From positions 948-64,947 of the forward strand of contig CAYLWO010000023.1 of the NCBI GenBank assembly GCA_964387285.1: a stretch of 64,000 nt of DNA, read 5' to 3'. The notes below the pieces were generated by a model. It saw only the letters and a list, made by a program, of their open reading frames with translations. It had not been told where the DNA came from and made no database searches. Positions within the stretch are counted from its first letter, which is position 1. Every line of letters starts with the position of its first letter. This DNA comes from an uncultured Cytophagia bacterium (GTDB taxonomy: Bacteria; Zhuqueibacterota; Zhuqueibacteria; Residuimicrobiales; Residuimicrobiaceae). The position numbers and the translations under genes are program-made. Below are positions 59,671 through 64,000 of the stretch, in pieces.

Positions 59671-62600
59671 TTATTTTACAAACTCCATCTTGCGGGTAAT
59701 TTCGAACCCATTCACCCGCAGTTTGTACAGATAAGTGCCGGATGGCATGACCTTGCCGTTGTTATCCTTGCCGTCCCAGGTCACGGTGTGCATGCCGGCG
59801 CTGAAATTGCGCTCCGCAACTTTACGCACCAACTGACCTTTAAGGTTAAAGACGGACAGTTCCACAGAACCGGCCTCTTTCATGCTAAAGGTGATGCGCG
59901 TCTCCGGATTGAACGGGTTCGGATAATTCTGCTCCAATGTGTAGGCGTCGGGATTGCTGGTGGACACCTTGACGGGTCCGTGCAGCGTCATGCGTCCGTT
60001 ATAGTCCACATCGGCCAGTTTGTAGTAATAGGTCTTGCCTGTCTCGGTGTTGTTATCGCTATAACGATAACTGTTGGCAGAAGAGCTGGTGCCGGCGCCG
60101 GGTATTAAAGCGCTGTTGATCTGCGTATATTCGCCCTTCTCCGAGTCTGAACGGTAGATGGCAAAACCCAGGTTCTCGGTTTCAGAACCGGTCTTCCATT
60201 CCAACTGCACGCCTGCGTCTGTGGTGGTGGCGATAAAAGAGGTCAATTCCACAGGCGTCAAGCGGAAGTAATAGTCCTGCACTTCGCCGTCAAATGCATC
60301 CGAATAACCCGAGGGGCTGGATACAGCTGACAACGGCGGCCGCTGTCCCGGCACGCCGGTAGAGGCGTAGCGGAAGCGAGCCCATCGTTCCTGATTGGGC
60401 ATAGCCGTTGCAGGCACCTGGAAGTTGATGGTATTGATGGCGCCGCCGTTAATCGTGCGCGCCGGAATAATATTTTCACCAACATCGTTCCAGTCAAAAT
60501 CATTGTTGAAATCGATCCAGGCTGCCAAAACGCCGTCCTGGCTGACCGTGATGTTAACACTGGTGTTTTCACCCGGATCTGTCGAACCAAAAAGGATACC
60601 GTCGTTCTCAGAACCGTCATTGGGCGCTGCTTCAGCATCCACCCAGGGACCGACTTGCGTAATCAGACCGATCCAGATGTCGTTATTGTAGCGGTGACGA
60701 GCCGTCGGCAGAGCATCAGAACCATAATCATACTCGTCCTCAGCCGGCGCTAACACAGTCAGGTACACGGTGGCGACATCGCAAGCCTGTTGCACGTCGC
60801 ACACGCGATAGACAAACTGATCCGGTCCATAATAGGTGCCTGAAGGCGTATAGGTAAAAGCGCCGTTGGCGCCGATCACCACGCTGCCGTGCGATGGTGC
60901 AATCACAGGCGTAGTAGTGACGATCATGGCATCACCGTTCGGATCATAGTCATTGGTCAGAACATTACCGCTAACCGGTACGCCCGGATTGGTGAGTTCT
61001 GCATCATCCACTGCAAACGGAGCATCGTTGCCTGCAGGATCATCCAACACATCCACGGTTACGACGCCGTCATCACAGAGGCCGCCGGCATCGCAAATAC
61101 GATAAACCCAGGTGTCTCCACCCGTATAGCCGGTGCTCGGAGTATAAGTGAACGAACCATCCGGATTCAAGGTAACCGTGCCGTGTTGCGGATAGGTCAC
61201 GATGCTCGGATTGCTCAGTACGTCGCCGTCCGGATCCACATCGTTGGCCAACACATTACCGGTGATTTGATCGTTGATCAAACCTTGCACCGCATCGTCG
61301 TTGGCAACCGGCGGATCGTTGGTCGTGCCGTTGTCAATCACCTCTATGGTCACCGGAGCGGAATCGCATGCCCCGATAACGCCGACCAGACAGACCTGAT
61401 AGATAAACGAGTCTTCACCGACATAATCGGGATTCGGCGTATAAGTGTACAAGCCGTTCGTGCCCAAAGACACCGTGCCATGAGTCGGTTGCGACAGGAC
61501 TGTCGTAGTCACCGAAGCGCCGGGCGGAATAATGTCATTGGTCAACACATTTCCGGAAACCGGGGTATTCGGCGTCGTATTGTTGATGTCTGGAATGGCA
61601 TACAGATTCGCCGGAGCGGCTGCAACCGTCAGATATACGGTTGCCTGATCGCACAGCGACGGCGAACCACTATCGCAAACCCGATAGATAAACTGATCAG
61701 GTCCGATATAATCAGTAGACGGCGTGTAGGTAAAGGAACCGTTGCTGCCCAAACTCACCGTACCATGTTGCGGTTGCGCAGTCACGGTCGGATTGATCAA
61801 CTGATCGCCATTCGGATCATAATCATTGGTTAACACGTTGCCGGTTACCGGTGTGTTGGGTTCTGTGGTCTCGGCATCATCCACAGCAAACGGAGCATCG
61901 TTGCCCGCAGGATTATCCAGGACGTTTACCGATACCACGCCGATGTCGCACAGACCGCCGGCATCGCAGATTTGATATTGCCAGGTATCTTCACCCACAT
62001 AACCGAAAGTCGGCGTATAGGTAAAAGAGCCGTTCGGAGCTAAAACCACGGTTCCATGTTGCGGAGCTGTGGTAACGGTCGGATTGCTCAACACATCACC
62101 GTCCGGATCCACATCGTTGGCCAAAACATTGCCGTAGATGGGAACATCCATTAGGCCCTGCACCGCGTCGTCATTAGCAATGGGCGGGTCGTTGCCCGGC
62201 TCATCGTTTACGACTTCGATGGTTACCGGCGCGGAATCACAGATAATCGGCGCTGCTGTGGTGCATACCTGATAGGTAAAAGCATCTTCGCCGACAAAAC
62301 CGTTCTGCGGTGTATAGGTGTATTGACCGTTCGAACCCAGGGATACCGTTCCATGAGTCGGCTGAGTCACTATGCTCGTTGTCACTAAAGCGCCGACCGG
62401 AATAATGTCATTGGTCAGTACATTGCCGCTGACCGGAGTATTCAGGGTCGTGTTGTTAATGTCGGCAATGGCATAGAGCTCAACGCCTTCAGGACAACTG
62501 TCGAAATTAATTGTTCCGGTCTCTGAATCATTGCCGCACTCGCCGCCAACCGTCAACGTGACAGTATAATCATTCTGGTTGGCATAGCTGTGCGACGGAT

Positions 62601-64000
62601 GCTGCAGCGAACTGGTCGAGCCATCGCCGAAATTCCAGGACCAACTCGTCACCGAACCGTCTGACTCATCCAGGAACTGGATGCTGTTCGTCGCGCAGTT
62701 GCTCACCGCCCAGGCAAACGCGGCCACAGGCGGATTCGGATAAATATGAACATATTCATCCTTCACTTCCACCCACGTCCCTTCATCCGCCGTCACCGTC
62801 AGACTTACCGTATAATCACCCGGCGCCGTATAGATATGCGATACCGGCGACAATGTTGACGTGCTTGTAGTCGAACCATCGCCGAAATTCCAGGTATACG
62901 TAGGATTAGTCGCTGTGCCGCTCTGCGTCGGCGTAAACGTGATGCTCGTGTTCACGCAAACACTCGGATCATTCGCGCTGAAATCCACAGAATACCAAAA
63001 CTCGCCGACATGAATATAAGCGACTTTTTGTTCCGTATCCGTTCCGCAGCCGCCGCCGATGGTCAACGTCACCGTGTAATCGCCGGCCGCTGTGTAAACA
63101 TGAGTCGGATTCTGTAAGGCACTGACGCCGCCGTCGCCAAAATTCCAGCTCCACGACGTCGGATTGCCGATGGACTGATCGTAAAAATTCACCGTCAACG
63201 GCGCACGACCCGCTCGCGGCGTCGCATAAAACTCCGCCTGCGGACCCACATGAATCAGTTCAAATTTACTCTCGCTGTCCTGACACGGACTCTGGCCATA
63301 AGCGGTCAAGGTAACCGTATAGTTGCCCGCTGCCGCATAGCTGTGCGTCGGATTGGCCGCTGTACTGGTTGCTCCATCGCCGAACTCCCACAGATAGCTG
63401 ACTATGTCCGCCACCGGCGTTGATCCGTTATAGAAATTCACCGTATTGCCAACGCACACGTTCAACGGCGCTGCCGTGAAATCCGCATCAATCGTACATC
63501 CGCTATTTATGATGGTCACGGTCGTTGTCGCATTATCCGTCAGATCGCCGCATGGACCGGTCACCGTCAACGTCACTGTGCGGCTGCCGGTTGAGGTATA
63601 CACGTGCGTCGGATTCGGCTCATTGCTGCTGCTGCCGTCGCCGAAATCCCATGCCCAGCCCGTAATGGTTCCAGTTGAACCTGCAGAACTGAAATGCACC
63701 GTCAGTGGCGCTGTACCGGTTGCAGGATCCGGATCGGTAGTAATTTGCGCCGAACTGGAGGTAATCGGCTCCCAGATCACAATATAGTTTATCTTGCTTA
63801 CTGTGTAGCTCTGACCCAGACATGTATAGCTCATGGTCACATCCCAGTGGCCCGGCGTATTATAGGTCACAACCGGGGGATTTTGACCGCTATAGCTGGA
63901 TGGATTACCACCTTCAAATGTCCACTGAACATTGGATGGCGTGCCGCTGAACACCGGTGTGAATTGCACCTGCATGCCAGGACACCCTTCGGTCTGATTC
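59671..64000 (-). CDS. Giant secreted protein (>1440 aa, 5' end outside the window) with PKD domains, multiple cadherin/Ig-like repeats and a T9SS C-terminal sorting domain
   Basis: It has PKD signatures (WNFGDGS, FGDGST), repeated ~95-aa modules (FTYTP..Y.G.D.F.Y.VCD...CD.A.V.I.V) and a C-terminus LEQNYPNPFNPETRITF...VFNLKGQLV. The frame is open to the window edge. Confidence 0.8.
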   Translation of the reverse strand, partial: NQTEGCPGMQVQFTPVFSGTPSNVQWTFEGGNPSSYSGQNPPVVTYNTPGHWDVTMSYTCLGQSYTVSKINYIVIWEPITSSSAQITTDPDPATGTAPLTVHFSSAGSTGTITGWAWDFGDGSSSNEPNPTHVYTSTGSRTVTLTVTGPCGDLTDNATTTVTIINSGCTIDADFTAAPLNVCVGNTVNFYNGSTPVADIVSYLWEFGDGATSTAANPTHSYAAAGNYTVTLTAYGQSPCQDSESKFELIHVGPQAEFYATPRAGRAPLTVNFYDQSIGNPTSWSWNFGDGGVSALQNPTHVYTAAGDYTVTLTIGGGCGTDTEQKVAYIHVGEFWYSVDFSANDPSVCVNTSITFTPTQSGTATNPTYTWNFGDGSTTSTSTLSPVSHIYTAPGDYTVSLTVTADEGTWVEVKDEYVHIYPNPPVAAFAWAVSNCATNSIQFLDESDGSVTSWSWNFGDGSTSSLQHPSHSYANQNDYTVTLTVGGECGNDSETGTINFDSCPEGVELYAIADINNTTLNTPVSGNVLTNDIIPVGALVTTSIVTQPTHGTVSLGSNGQYTYTPQNGFVGEDAFTYQVCTTAAPIICDSAPVTIEVVNDEPGNDPPIANDDAVQGLMDVPIYGNVLANDVDPDGDVLSNPTVTTAPQHGTVVLAPNGSFTYTPTFGYVGEDTWQYQICDAGGLCDIGVVSVNVLDNPAGNDAPFAVDDAETTEPNTPVTGNVLTNDYDPNGDQLINPTVTAQPQHGTVSLGSNGSFTYTPSTDYIGPDQFIYRVCDSGSPSLCDQATVYLTVAAAPANLYAIPDINNTTPNTPVSGNVLTNDIIPPGASVTTTVLSQPTHGTVSLGTNGLYTYTPNPDYVGEDSFIYQVCLVGVIGACDSAPVTIEVIDNGTTNDPPVANDDAVQGLINDQITGNVLANDVDPDGDVLSNPSIVTYPQHGTVTLNPDGSFTYTPSTGYTGGDTWVYRICDAGGLCDDGVVTVDVLDDPAGNDAPFAVDDAELTNPGVPVSGNVLTNDYDPNGDAMIVTTTPVIAPSHGSVVIGANGAFTYTPSGTYYGPDQFVYRVCDVQQACDVATVYLTVLAPAEDEYDYGSDALPTARHRYNNDIWIGLITQVGPWVDAEAAPNDGSENDGILFGSTDPGENTSVNITVSQDGVLAAWIDFNNDFDWNDVGENIIPARTINGGAINTINFQVPATAMPNQERWARFRYASTGVPGQRPPLSAVSSPSGYSDAFDGEVQDYYFRLTPVELTSFIATTTDAGVQLEWKTGSETENLGFAIYRSDSEKGEYTQINSALIPGAGTSSSANSYRYSDNNTETGKTYYYKLADVDYNGRMTLHGPVKVSTSNPDAYTLEQNYPNPFNPETRITFSMKEAGSVELSVFNLKGQLVRKVAERNFSAGMHTVTWDGKDNNGKVMPSGTYLYKLRVNGFEITRKMEFVK

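Overview
The window is a 64-kb chromosomal segment, GC roughly 55%, carrying housekeeping genes mixed with secreted-protein and carbohydrate-use genes. Several large secreted proteins end in a type IX secretion (Por) C-terminal sorting domain with the ...YPNPFNP... signature, and a PorV/PorQ-family outer-membrane protein is encoded nearby. This points to a Fibrobacteres-Chlorobi-Bacteroidetes-group-like bacterium that nonetheless uses classical TTGACA-17-TATAYT promoters and sigma-54 promoters.

Gene content, left to right:
- Sir2-family deacylase tail (partial).
- A minus-strand block: cutA, a TonB-like protein, a class I aminotransferase, a GAF-domain sigma-54 activator (GAFTGA motif) and a small exported HEAT-repeat protein.
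- A hypothetical exported protein.
- An 850-bp hairpin-rich non-coding stretch with two ~100-nt conserved elements.
- A SPASM-type radical SAM enzyme with an uncharacterised 140-aa partner.
- A mannan/beta-glycan locus: LacI regulator, GH5, secreted GH26 mannanase, sodium:solute symporter, and a GH94 cellobiose phosphorylase further on.
- An M16 peptidase and a lone FtsX-type permease.
- Two CSLREA-like beta-helix secreted proteins.
- An MBL/TPR hydrolase, an M23 peptidase and an MFS transporter.
- prfB (with the conserved +1 frameshift), alr, a small nucleotidyltransferase-fold pair, lysS, lolC/E-lolE/C-lolD and clpC.
- A PorV-like / Fn3 / TonB-dependent-receptor-like outer-membrane operon.
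- A GntR regulator, a lipoprotein, an M48 peptidase and a 5'-nucleotidase.
- A partial >1400-aa PKD/cadherin-like secreted protein.

The most interesting leads:
- The radical SAM/SPASM operon is driven by a textbook sigma-54 promoter, next to the tandem structured repeats.
- A recurring TGGTAC-N5-GTACCA 17-mer sits with sigma-54 promoters upstream of the HEAT-repeat gene and the FtsX permease.
- A 33-nt perfect palindrome occurs twice.
- prfB uses the programmed frameshift that the ORF track missed.

No rRNA, tRNA or CRISPR arrays were found by eye.
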